Below, piece after piece: positions 25,201 to 36,372 of a stretch of DNA of 64,000 nucleotides. Under the pieces are notes generated by a model. The model was not told where the DNA came from and searched no databases. It saw only the letters and a list, made by a program, of their open reading frames with translations. The first letter of the stretch is position 1. The number at the start of each line of letters is the position of its first letter. Source of the DNA: Guillardia theta CCMP2712 (taxonomy: Eukaryota > Protista > Cryptophyta); NCBI RefSeq assembly GCF_000315625.1, contig NW_005434608.1, positions 17,969 through 81,968 on the forward strand, read 5' to 3'. The translations under genes were made by a program, and so were the position numbers.

Positions 25201-25580
25201 CGTTGAAAAGGGATTTCCGTATCTGCATATAGCTTCAATGGAACGTGATGAAGAAAACTGAATTACAATAGAATCTCATCGCTACTGAGGTTGTGCATTC
25301 CGATGTCGACATATGCCCCAGTAGACAGTAAATTGCGTCTAGTGCTCAAATTGAAAGCCCAATCGTTGCTTTCGAAATCAGTCTGCCACAAAGATATGTG
25401 AATACCATTTACAAACTTGCGAAAACATCGCAGACAAGGATGTGATACCTCTATCTCCTGGGATCTCATGGCATGTAATCTTCGATTGTAATGTGAAGTC
25501 CTCTCTTCATTTGTAGAGCACACACCACCAAAAATGCTCAACGAAAACAAAAGAAACAAGAATTCCGTAGGCGCTTTCAT
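13257..25580 (-). CDS. Giant membrane protein: signal peptide, 7 RCC1 repeats, 11-12 IPT/TIG domains with a Reelin-like insert, TM helix, OSCA/TMEM63(CSC1)/TMC-like channel domain
   Basis: N-terminus MKAPTEFLFLLFSLSIFGGVCS; repeated xAGxxHS...WGxNxxGQLG; repeated PxxGPxxGGTxVxVxGxGF...LNGQD; TM VAISVSVIVFVLYVAL; then LGTGVGLYFSYLRY, SAADYTILVENIP, RAPEPSNVLWENL, KFIFIAQYVNT and EGPEYLLSKRYGSMLN...YWCDK across one 2975-codon ORF plus flanking same-strand exons. Confidence 0.85.
17950..19290 (-). other. Reelin-subrepeat-like module nested in an IPT/TIG domain
   Basis: LWDDFD, SLYFTG...RYIVSKEMDLS...ISFWVKRG...SCEAPD...LTLLQIS, and TRIMFKQ...DNWAIDDIKV occur in the order expected for a Reelin subrepeat. 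Confidence 0.65.
23580..25200 (-). other. RCC1-like seven-bladed beta-propeller region of the giant gene
   Basis: GDVYGFGSNNFGQLG, GRLWSWGRNYRGQLG, GILFAWGINHMGQLG, GKVYVWG, GEIWIWGGNRHGQLG, GHVFSSGRNDAGQLG, NVYAWGLNTFGQIG, closing VASGSSHT. Confidence 0.88.
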
Positions 25581-25859
25581 TGATTATTGAGTTGTGTCAT
25601 ACAGGTTGCATCTTATCTCAAGCCAAATGTGGATTGACATTGAGATCGGCAAGACAACCCGCCCGAGCCAAGTGAAGCATCAACGGCGAGACTTCCGCGG
25701 ACTCTACAGCAGCCATGGCGGCTTTGCCATATCTACGTTGTCCTACTCCTGGGCGGGCCTACACCGTGGCGAATTTGTTGTGGACCTGTTTGTAGTGGAC
25801 CATTGCTGTCCGCCGAACGACTGCAATACTAGCCTAGGCCTAACTGAGATCGGGTCTTG

Positions 25860-26177
25860 AATGAAGCGAGTCACTGAGTTTCAAGTTTAGTGACTGGGCC
25901 AGTGCCGGACTCCGGGAGCCTGCAGTGCCGCCGCCGCCGCCCGGCCGGCAACTGACAAGTCACCGCGGCCGGGTCGTGAGACTCAAGTGTTGTGCCACGG
26001 TGTAACGGGAGCCTGGGAGTCCGTCACTCAGGCCATCAGTCTCGTCATGTGACGATGCGGTGCCACGGTGTACACGGCCCGACGGTCACCGGGCTATTAC
26101 CGGGGGGCAGTGAGCCCCGCGTACTACGGGCGGGCGGCCGCAGCGGCACAGCCTAGCACTGAGCCAGTGAGGTACTG
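25860..26177. promoter_or_regulatory. GC-rich motif-dense upstream block, class A (CCGG, ACTGAG/CTCAG, GTCAC)
   Basis: Non-coding block upstream of the giant gene; continues at 27700-27900 beyond the LTR element. Regulatory role inferred from position only. Confidence 0.4.
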
Positions 26178-26178
26178 T

Positions 26179-26505
26179 GATGGAGCGTATGTCAGCCGTG
26201 CCAGTCAGATAGCGCCGAGTTAACAAAAACTCTCCTGTAAACCAAGACGACTTACGTGTCAAGGCGGCAATGTAGTACGTGTGATGAAGAGGAGGCCTTC
26301 CTAGCCGTCTTGCTAAGGTCCCCTCATGTCTGGATGCTTGGGTTTCACATCCTAGCATACAGTCTATCTCTCATGTGCTCCTCAATTCTGGTTTTTGTGT
26401 GCATTAAACTCGGTCTTGAGCAAAAACTGTCTTGTTACAACTAAGGTCGATATGATATCTGCGTGACTTTGGACTAGTACAAGTCTAACAAACTTGTATT
26501 CCGTC
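26179..26505 (+). repeat. 5' LTR (327 bp)
   Basis: Matches 27372-27698. Confidence 0.92.
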
Positions 26506-27371
26506 GGTTATGAGCCTCGATTACATGCTCAATCATGTTGATCTTATATTTGGTTAGTTGAATTGTTTACTGGAGTTTTTTCTTTCTTGGTATCGTTTCG
26601 TTACTGTCGAAAATTCATGCAATTCAAGCCTTACAAATTCGGATGACTCCTCTCTTCAATCAGGCTCTCTCTCTAGCCGCAAGTTGTTTAGGCCTCTCAT
26701 CTCAGCCTCAATTTGTTTGATTGATCTTCGAATTGGAAAAACAAGCCTTCCCCAGCCAGATTGGTCGGTCGAATATCTGCTTAACCGTGTGGAAACGCAC
26801 TTGAAGCTGATTCGATTTTAATCTTCTTGATCTTTGAGTAGGATCAAATGGAACTACCAGGAGATCTGGCGGAAGTTTCATGTCATGGAGCTAGGCTGTG
26901 GCATGCATAACTGGAGCTACTTCTGGATCGGCGAACAAGGTACAACTGCACAACAATCTTCGAATGCCTTGAAACGGATGTTCCATCTCGCGGCAGCAAT
27001 CTCTGGTCACAAGTTCTTTACGGTTCAAAATTTATCTTTTGGTCTTCAAATGCCGGCGGGCACGCTCTCTCTCTCTCTCTCTCTCTTATCTGAACTCCGA
27101 AGTTCTCTCCTCAGACTCTCTTATCTTATCCTCCTTCTCTCGTCATTGCATCAGCTCGCCAGGCATCTCCCTTATCTCTGCACTGCACATCTAATAGCCC
27201 TGCATGAAAATCTTCTTCAGAATGGACAATCCTTGAATGGTTATTGCCCACTCAGCATGACTGTGAACTTGACGTTGTATCATCGTATCTTGACTTGGAT
27301 CTGCTGACATTCTTGTTTGCGTGACTTTCTGACGTCCGATGTAACGTACTATTTCAGAAACTCGGGGGGAG

Positions 27372-27698
27372 GATGGAGCGTATGTCAGCCGTGCCAGTCA
27401 GATAGCGCCGAGTTAACAAAAACTCTCCTGTAAACCAAGACGACTTACGTGTCAAGGCGGCAATGTAGTACGTGTGATGAAGAGGAGGCCTTCCTAGCCG
27501 TCTTGCTAAGGTCCCCTCATGTCTGGATGCTTGGGTTTCACATCCTAGCATACAGTCTATCTCTCATGTGCTCCTCAATTCTGGTTTTTGTGTGCATTAA
27601 ACTCGGTCTTGAGCAAAAACTGTCTTGTTACAACTAAGGTCGATATGATATCTGCGTGACTTTGGACTAGTACAAGTCTAACAAACTTGTATTCCGTC
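27372..27698 (+). repeat. 3' LTR (327 bp)
   Basis: Matches 26179-26505. Confidence 0.92.
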
Positions 27699-27908
27699 TT
27701 ACTGCGCCTTTACTCAAGGTTAATTTCAAGATCAGAGGACAATCATGATCAGGAGAGTCACGAGTCGAGGAGCCAGTCATCGGCAGTCACTGAGTGGCCG
27801 GGCCTGAGACCGGCCCGGCCGGACGATCGGTCGGCGTCCCGGCGGTCACGGTTGACTCCCCGGCGGGCTGTTTTTTGAAAATTCTACCACGCCTACCCGC
27901 AGGACGAG

Positions 27909-29800
27909 ATGGCCGATGCGGAAGTGGACATACTCTTCAACCAGGTTTGTTTGTGTCATCCATCCTGCTTGTCCCTCTCTCCTTCATCACCCTCCATCTC
28001 CATTCTTCACCTCTTCTGCTGTTCATCCCTTCGTTGTTCCCGAATAATCTCTCAATAATCCTCTCGAGCGTTTCTATTACAAATTCATATCTCATCCTTC
28101 CCACCCATGCTGCTTTGTGGAGCTGCATTACATTTCCAACTGCGCTTAAGTACTCCTTTAAGGATGTGGCAAAGATAAAGAAGTTGCTTCCTTCAGTTGA
28201 GGTTCGCCATCACCGGATCAGAGTACAGAAGTATGGTAGAGTGCACGTTTGCTTGAGTTGATGTATGCTGGTTTCCCAGGTGGATCTCGGCACTCAGCGA
28301 GCCTCTAAAATGCGAAGCCTGGAAGAGAAACAGAAATTTGTACAGTCAGTGTCTAGTTCGGATGCTTGAGATGTATCACATTTCCCATCGAGTTTACCCG
28401 GCTCACTGACATCCATGCTCAGCGGCACCATCGAAGAGCCTTTCATCAAAATCCCTCCCCTTCCTCTTCAGAACTTTCCGTCACACCTTGTAGGAAGATG
28501 GAACCTGGTTGATCCCTACCGACTCTGGAACTTCGTTTGCCTGACCAACTGAAGCAGGCAACCAGGAAAAGTGCTGGTTCGCCAACAGCAGGCAAAGAGG
28601 CTTGGAAACATGTATGTGTGTGAGTGTTCCATGCATCTCGTTGACCTTGTTTATCATCCAGACAAGGCCTTTGAGCTCCCTCTCAATGAGCAGCGCCATA
28701 CAGGACGAAAACTCTCCTCCTCCTGGCCAACCTCGTCGCCTCTGGACTAGCAACTTTTGCAATGTGACGGAGGTGTTGTCCCCTCTCAATCAACTCCGCG
28801 TGATTGACCCTACAGCATGGTTTGACCAAGCATGCCAAGGTTTGCACCCAGACCGAAGGGCCCCAGGTGCTTTCAGCATTATCATCTACTTGGACAGGCA
28901 CAAGAGACGACTGATTGCATCATCAAGCTCAAACAGGCAGATGCAAGCCACCTCCCCTTGAGTCTATGTCAGATCAGATCTTTGCCGCACGACCAACTCG
29001 TCCTCCGCATGCTGCAGGTGCCGCTCTGAACCTCTGATTTCTGTAGCTCACGTTTTCTCAGGAACAGAAACTTCGGCTCGCCGCTGAGCGCAAAGTGTCA
29101 GTGCTTTCCAGTGAGTGATGAGGATCGTCAGTTGTCAAGTTGCTGAAGTACGCGTAGAGAGCGGAAAGGACATCAAAGCATACCAGGGACAAAGACAGAG
29201 CTTCTTTCGCAACTTCCAGACAAGCAAAAAAACGCCTGAGCAAGAAAAACAAGGACAGCTGAATGGAGGGAGACTTGAGAAGGTTACATGGCCTCGGTTG
29301 CTTCCTGTGTCTTGCTTGTACGGCTCACAGCAGCGATTTTTTCCTGCAGTCTATCTCGCCTCAACCCTCACTCTCGATACAAGCAGCTTCGACTCAACAC
29401 AGAAGGTATCTCCTCCTCGACACCGTCTGAATGCCGCGCTCGTCTTCCTGTCTCCTGCAGCATCTACATGCTTCCTATTCGCTCTTTCCCTCACTTTCCG
29501 TTCAGTGCAGATGAGAGCTCGCAGTCTCGGCGCTTCCTTGCTCCTGACCTCAAGCTCCTAGAGCGTGCGAAGGCTGCACCACAAGCAAGAATGACAGGAC
29601 AAGGTGCAGGAGAGCCCGAGCATCTCGACGAGCTCGACAAGGATGAAGACTTTGCCTCCTTCCTCGCGGTGTTGTTGTATCATTACCGTGTAACTCTCTA
29701 AACTCCATGACAGGATTTTGAGAAAGACATAGTGAATCTGACATGTCAATTCAAACAAGTTCCGGCATGAAGATCAGATCCGTTTTGATACTAAAAACGA
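27909..29800 (+). CDS. Multi-exon hypothetical protein
   Basis: First exon MADAEVDILFNQ followed by a GT donor; later coding-like pieces (DVAKIKKLLPSVE, EQKLRLAAERKV, EHLDELDKDEDFASFLA) between splice-like sites. No family recognised; end uncertain. Confidence 0.45.
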
Positions 29801-30093
29801 TATGTTGTCCCCTCCAGGTGAAATAATGAAAGTAACTACACATGACCGTCCTTACAAGCTAAATGATTGTGGCACGATTATAATTGGGCTTTGGGATTCC
29901 AAATGTCTACAGAGCAATTTGGGCATGTATGCTGCACAAGATCGTGCGGGCACGAAAGGACGTCAAGAGCACAATGACGAGTTTCTGATTCCTTTGTACG
30001 CCGCTCTACTACTCAGTCTGTGGGAAGCAGAGCCCTTATCAGTGAAGCAGTTTTGCTCGTTCTCACATGTAAGGCGATTTAAGCTCGTATTGT

Positions 30094-31726
30094 TTAATGA
30101 TGTTGTTCGAAGTGGCCGATAACTCCAGCAACTCCTGGAGGTCCAGCTGAACCTGTGCTCACAAATTCTTTCAGAGCCCGCAAAGATTCCAGCTCATTCG
30201 TCACCTGCCGGCCCTGCAGCCCCTGCAGCTCCCGGGCTTCCAGTTGGACCCGGAGGACCTGGAATGCCGTCTGGGCCTCGCACGGGAACACCGGCCTGTC
30301 CAGTGGGTCCCTGAAAAGATTTGAGCTTCTCAACATGGCAGAAGAGTCTGGAGAACCTGCGGTCCTTGTACCCCTCGTGGGCCCTCAGGTCCAGGAGGTC
30401 CAGGGGGTCCCATTCGACCAATTCCAGGGGGACCCTGCGATAAGAGTCAGGCTGACCGACTTCAGAGCAGGCCTCGTTACCTGCGGGCCTCGCGGTCCTG
30501 GTTCTCCATCAGGTCCTGCCAGGCCTCTAGGTCCTTGTGGGCCTGCCAGCCGATCAAACGAGGAGCCGAGCAGCAGGCAAACAGACCTGGAATGCCCATG
30601 TCCCCTCGGGGGCCCATGGGACCAGGAAGTCCATCTCGACCATCCCTGCGCAGCCAAGAGTCAGATACGCGGTATCTCTTGTTTCATATCCACCCACCTT
30701 CCCCTAGCTCCCTGGTACCCAGGAGGCCCGCGGGGTCCACGCGGCCCAGGAAGGCCTGTCGGACCCTGAGGTCCGGGCTTGCCGTCAAGACCAGGCTTTC
30801 CGGGAGCACCAGACGGTCCAGGCTGTTTCTCGAGGACTGCAAGCTTGACCTGACCACACCATCAACTTCATGTAGCTGGCACATGCTTCAAACTTCACCT
30901 TCATGTCGCTGACGCGTCTGGCCATTCCCACCTTTGCGCGACCAAGAGACGAGGTCAAAGAAGACACACGGGCTGACAAATAGTTATCCCGAGACATCAT
31001 CTGTGCCTTGATAGCTGAAAGCCTCGTCTTGTAGCCTCGCAACGACTTCTTCAGTGCTCCAATTGCAGCCCAAAGAGCGCTGTTCGAGGATTCAAGCTCA
31101 CGGCTGTTCTGTTCTTTGACCGCCTTGATGTTCAGTCTAGCCTTCTCGATCTCCTTTTCATTGAAAGCCTCCTTGTCCCCCGCCTTCTTGGCCTCAGCTA
31201 GGGCATCCGCTGCATTTTGCACGGCTTGGATTGTAAGAGGATGGGGTTCAACTGGAGTGACGGGCTGTGTGAACTGATAGTGAACCTCTGGTGGGCTGAC
31301 TCCGTAAGGATCACATGGCGGACTCAAGCACGAGATAACAGAAGCAGTAGCCAGCATTTGGCGTCGTTGTGATGCTCCTGACTTGGCGTTACTCTGTAAA
31401 AGCTCCTCTCTAGGAGATCGCTGTGAAGAGAAATAGAGAAGATAGAGGAGGATAAAGGCATTGGTGAGGAAGAGGCCGTGGCGTAGGAGAGGGTGAGGGA
31501 AGCAGGAGAGGAGAATTTCGTCAGATCACAAAAAAACCAATATCCCATCCCATCCCATCCCATCCCATCCCATCCCATCCCCTCCCCTCCCCTCCCCTCC
31601 CATCCATCCCATCCCATCCCATCCCATCCCATCCCATCCCATCCCAACACTTCTACATACCTGCAGTGTTCCCACGAGCACCAACATCGCGACCCCTACC
31701 GCCGCTGCTCCACCCCATCGCAGCAT
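30094..31726 (-). CDS. Collagen triple-helix (Gly-X-Y) repeat protein with N-terminal hydrophobic anchor and coiled-coil
   Basis: [19 protein letters not shown]; helical/coiled-coil middle exon (30890-31320); several exons of GPxGPx repeats ([21 protein letters not shown]; [25 protein letters not shown]); ends GHFEQHH*. Confidence 0.8.
31545..31645. repeat. (ATCCC)n pentamer microsatellite, intronic
   Basis: Directly visible. Confidence 0.9.
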
Positions 31727-31984
31727 GCCGCGAAGAGACAGGCAGCAGTTCATTCACTGCCACCCCTTTAAAGAGTATACCACCCGTGATAATTACCAAA
31801 TTTTCTGGGGAAAACACCCCGTGAAAAGGAACACTCTAGTAGCACCACCCCCTTTTCCTGAGGGGTCTAGTCCGATACTTCAAATCGGGACTCATACAGC
31901 TCATCCTCTTTTTCAAGCCGCCCTCAGAGTTGATATGGAATGCGGCTTTTGCTCAAACCGGCCTTGAGACAAGTGAAGTGAACG

Positions 31985-33201
31985 ATGGCGAGGAGGATGA
32001 GGGAAGTCAGAAGGTGTAGAGGACCCGATAGGACATTTCATCATGAGAGTCTCAATTTGAACTTGTTTCCATCTTTCGTTTAATTTGACTGAAAGCTACC
32101 AGGTCCTGCGGCGATGTCTTTTTCGGACAGGGCTTGAAAATGTCGAAAGCCAACAAGAGGATTCTTCTTGTCCTCGATGTAAACGGATTTCTATTAGAAC
32201 GAACGCGAAAGAAACTCCCGAACTTGCCCTGCGTGAAAGTTCGGAGTACTTACGTGTATAACCGACCTGGAATGATGGAATTCGTAAAGTGGTGCACTGA
32301 ACTGTTTGTACTCGGCGTATGGTCTACAGCAAAGCGAGAGAATGTTGTCGAGCTGGTCAAACACATCTTCGGCACGAGCTACCATCAGGACGTTGCATTC
32401 ATTCTCGATGGCTCCTCCTGTACACCGACCGGGCTGAGACATCCTGAGAACAAGTACAAGGAACTCGTGACCAAGGACTTGGAAACTGTTTGGAGAATGC
32501 CAAACATGTCAAGTTTCGCCAGGAATCGTACTCTTCTGATTGATGACAGCCCCTACAAGGTGCCGTACGGCATGTGGGCTTCCAAGAAAAACACCTAACC
32601 ATTGTTGGTTTGGTCGCGCAGGCGGCGTTCAATCCCGTGGGCACTGCTATAAACCCTCCTCCATGGAACGTGACTGATATGAACGATACTGGGCTGATGC
32701 CCGGCAGCGACTTGCGAAGGTGCTTCTGATTCCTGTCGAGCCTCCTTCACTGTCCTTGGCAGATTCCTCGAAGATTTGGGTAAGGAGGGAGAAAACGTCT
32801 CTGTTCCAGACTTTGTGATCAAGAACGATCCTTTCGAAAGCGTGAGGGCCCTCAAGACAGGTTCCCCGCCAAGTCTGTGTCTGAAGGATCTGATCCCTGA
32901 GTCAGACCCGCTCACCCTCAAGATCTGGTCGAGAGCCTCCAAGATTCCTTCTCGAGGTTCCCCAGCTCGACAACCAAAGGCAGTTGCAGCTGGAGCCGTC
33001 GCTCGCACTCAGAACGCTACCGATGACAGCACCGATCTCGTCGAGCTGCTGCAAAAACTTGACCTTAGCATTAGCACCAACCAGACTGAGCTGCCTGCAG
33101 CCTCGCAAGTCACCGCAGATAGGAACGAGACACGTACAGGACCGAAGGGCAGGAAGCCAGACATGGCGTTAGCTAGATCAGGGAGAGACGAGAGCAAGTG
33201 A
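31985..33201 (+). CDS. NLI-interacting-factor (FCP1/SCP-like, HAD superfamily) phosphatase-like protein
   Basis: LLVLDVNGFLL, RPGMMEFVKW, LGVWST, KDLETVW and TLLIDDSPYK motifs; start codon approximate. Confidence 0.85.
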
Positions 33202-33622
33202 GAGCAGAGGAGAAAAGAGTTCAGTTCGTCTTCATCCTGAGACCTCTAGCGAGAGTGCTGACATGTCTGCCTTGTCATACGTCACTTGGCTGCTGCTTGT
33301 GCCTGTGGCTACGAAAAATCTGGTCTTGATAGATTCCGCTGAAAGTGAGACATGGTGATAGGGAATGTTAGAGCACCAGCAGACCGAGTAGTAAACTTTG
33401 TCATAGTAACAGAGTGATGAAGCTTGTCATAGTATAAGAGTATAAGAGTGAATCTTGGTCATTAACGATGGAGACGAATCAAAGCGTAGGAGCTGGCGTT
33501 GTGTACAAGGCTTCACTCAAACAAAAAACAGAAACAAGAACGATGATTCAAGTAGACAGATGGTCAAGTGCAGGACATGATGAATACGTGCAACTGCACG
33601 AATAAATCGATGGTTCAGATCA

Positions 33623-35669
33623 CTACGTCAGAGGATGCATTGTTTGCGGTGGGTACATGTGGAGTACATGTGATTGTGCAACGACCGATCCCGGATGTGG
33701 CAGGACATAGCCAAAGGCTACGAGCTCCTCTGCTGGGACGTTGAGATGGATCTGAAGGGGAGGAACAGAGGCCTCTTCTTCTGTGATCCCCGGGTCCCGC
33801 TGACTGCCGTCCGGATGCTTGATCGGCGCTCCCCCGTCAGCTTTCCGCTCGTCAATGCCAGTGACTGCTGCAAATCCGGGAATGTACAAGAGGAGGGCAG
33901 TGATGCCGATGGTGGGCATGCTTGCCCTGTGAGCAACCTCAGACACGAAGCCGAAGAACAAGGTGGCGGCTGCAGACACACCTGCATGTTGTCAGGACAT
34001 CGACAGTAAATAAGGCGGCAGAGCTCACCAAGGGCGAGCAGAAAGTATTGCCACATGTAAGGCTGGCCGATCCACGCCCAGTTAGCTCCTGCTGTGACAC
34101 AATCGATTCCAGTAGAGTTCAGTCCGAGAAGAGCTGAATCCCCGGCACAGCCGCATGCCTCGTGGTAGGGCGGGAAGAGAACGCCGTCGCGAGCCATCTG
34201 AACGCACTGACTAGGACCTTGGGTGATGCCATACGCAGAGACTGACAGGACGGCAGCAAGTCCTCCGAATATAAGCGAAGACTCAGAGACCACTCGCAGA
34301 CCCAAGGGTGTGTCCCAGATGCCCCCGAGCATGACCGGAAAGAGCCAGCAAACTGCCAAGATACTAGGCAGCAGAAAGATTGACAGGACTGCATAGTTTG
34401 CAAGAGCAAATGGAACTATGATGACAGTGATTACAAGAACACACCCTCGAGCCCAGATCAGAGGCTTTCCCCTTAAGAACTGCGTTGAAATGGTTGCTGC
34501 TAGCCCATTCTGCACGCTATCGATGGCAGACTCGTTCATGACAGCTGCGAGCACAAGGACCAGGACTTCTATGAACTGATTGACATGCACGTTGTTTTGG
34601 TTCGGAGATGATTTGAACACCTGGAAGAGATACAGATTGGGATTTCCCGTTTGAAAGTCGATTAGTCCACCCCATGCTGCGAGAAAGCCTCCAAGTCCGA
34701 AGAGAAACACGACGCTCACCACAGCAAGACAAGCCAGGACCCCTCCTCGTTTGAGCGATTGCGGATCTTTTGCAGCCCATACCCTTTGCCACATCCCCTC
34801 GTTGAACATAACTGAGGACATGAGCGATGCTGGCATGACGAGGATTGAGCTGTATCCCGACTGATTCGGCCCCAGTGATTGTTTCAAACTGCCGAAGTTG
34901 GGCGGCAGCTCCCGTTTGAAGGTGGCAGCAACATATATACTGATGGTTGTGATAAGAACGACGCTGGTGATGCCTTGAACCTGATCCGTCACGATCGAAA
35001 CCAGAAGTCCTCCATACATGGTGTATACCTGCGTGATTTGTTAAGCCATCCGAGAGGCATGTCAAACAAGGTGAGTACCGTCGTAACGGTGGCTACAATC
35101 AGAATGATTGGAAACCCTTCCGTGCCTACAAAATCGCGAAACAGCCCTCCAATGGTGGTGAACTCAGCAAGCATCATGACAGCCATATTGATCAATGCCA
35201 CCCCTATGCACGCCAACTTAGCTGTGGGTCCAAACCTGCAGCTGGAGTAAGATTGCAGGCAAGACGTCGGAACGAGTTCAGATGTAGACCTTGCGGTGAT
35301 GAAATCCCCGAACGAGTTGACAGTGGGGTACTTGGATTGCACCATGCTACCGAAGTATGACTGCACGATGAGAGGAACACCAGTGCCTATGGCCATGAAG
35401 ATCATTCCGATCCATCCAGCATAAGTAGCGTAGTTGGAAGGGCTGGTGATACACCAGGATCCAACGCTTCCAGCATAGAAACTCCATGCGATTCTGTACA
35501 TCCCCTGTGACTTCTTTGCTGTCAAAAATCCTTCCGAAGTTTGAAGCAAATGGCTGGTCTCGGACGAGCTCTTCAATCGCAACTTTGTATAAATTACAGC
35601 GTACAGCGCTATCGACACCAGAGATGTCACAGTCAACGCGTATGACAAAGCTACCCAGTCAGTTGCCAT
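33623..35669 (-). CDS. Sodium:solute symporter family transporter (DUR3/DUR31-like; substrate unknown)
   Basis: Many TM segments; GFLTA...SFYAGSVGSW, YGGLLVSIVTDQVQG, WQRVWAAKD, SAIDSVQNGL. Confidence 0.85.
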
Positions 35670-35996
35670 GGTGTATGAATTCTCCAGATCAAACTTGAAA
35701 ATTTGCCCAGCAATTCATCAAGGTAGTGTCTTGCCCCTCGGTCAGCCCTAAAATGGTGAACGCAATCAACACATGCAGGAAGCATGGACCAATGACAACC
35801 CAAGGAAGATTAGAGCAAGGGATGTGTTCAGTGATAGCAGTCTAGATAGGAGGTGTACAGATTGACGTATAGCCACAATGCAGAAGAAACAAGTGCATAA
35901 AGATACACAAGATAGATCTAAAGAGGCGAAGGATCATGGTGGGGCAAGCAGCAACAGATGAAAGGATGGGAATGATGAGATCAGGAGCTCAGAGAG

Positions 35997-36261
35997 GAAG
36001 GAGTCATCTATGTAGGGATAGAAGGAGTCATCTATGTAGGGATAGACGGAGTCATCTATGTAGGGATAGAAGGAGTCATCGATGTAGGGATAGAAGGAGT
36101 CATCTATGTAGGGATAGACGGAGTCATCTATGTAGGGATAGAAGGAGTCATCTATGTAGGGATAGAAGGAGTCATCTATGTAGGGATAGAAGGAGTCATC
36201 TATGTAGGGATAGAAGGAGTCATCTATGTAGGGATAGAAGGAGTCATCTATGTAGGGATAG
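35997..36261. repeat. 24-bp minisatellite, ~11 copies of GAGTCATCTATGTAGGGATAGAAG
   Basis: Units start every 24 bp from 36001 to 36241 with few variants and no spacers. Confidence 0.95.
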
Positions 36262-36372
36262 GAGGGAGAGAAAACTGCAGAGAGAGCGGACAGGAAGAAA
36301 GTGAAGCAGAAGAGTTGGGGAGCAGGAGGAGGCGAGCAGCGGCTTTATTTTCTTTTTTGGGTTTTACACGGG

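Larger units (their letters stand above)
26178..27699 (+). mobile_element. Non-autonomous copia-type LTR retroelement (TRIM-like), ~1.5 kb
   Basis: Two apparently identical 327-bp LTRs (26179-26505, 27372-27698); GGTTATGAGCC directly after the 5' LTR (half-tRNA-iMet-type PBS); purine tract GGGGGGAG before the 3' LTR; TACTG duplicated at 26173-26177 and 27700-27704; no intact gag/pol. Confidence 0.9.

Noticed and set aside
26086-27637. Duplicated short ORFs in the LTRs as genes
   Set aside because: Non-ATG starts, no recognisable domain, and duplication is explained by the LTRs.
35997-36261. CRISPR-like array, or the RSHLCRDR-repeat ORF (35936-36304) as a gene
   Set aside because: Units are contiguous with no unique spacers, the context is eukaryotic with no cas genes, and the ORF follows simply from a stop-free 24-bp unit.
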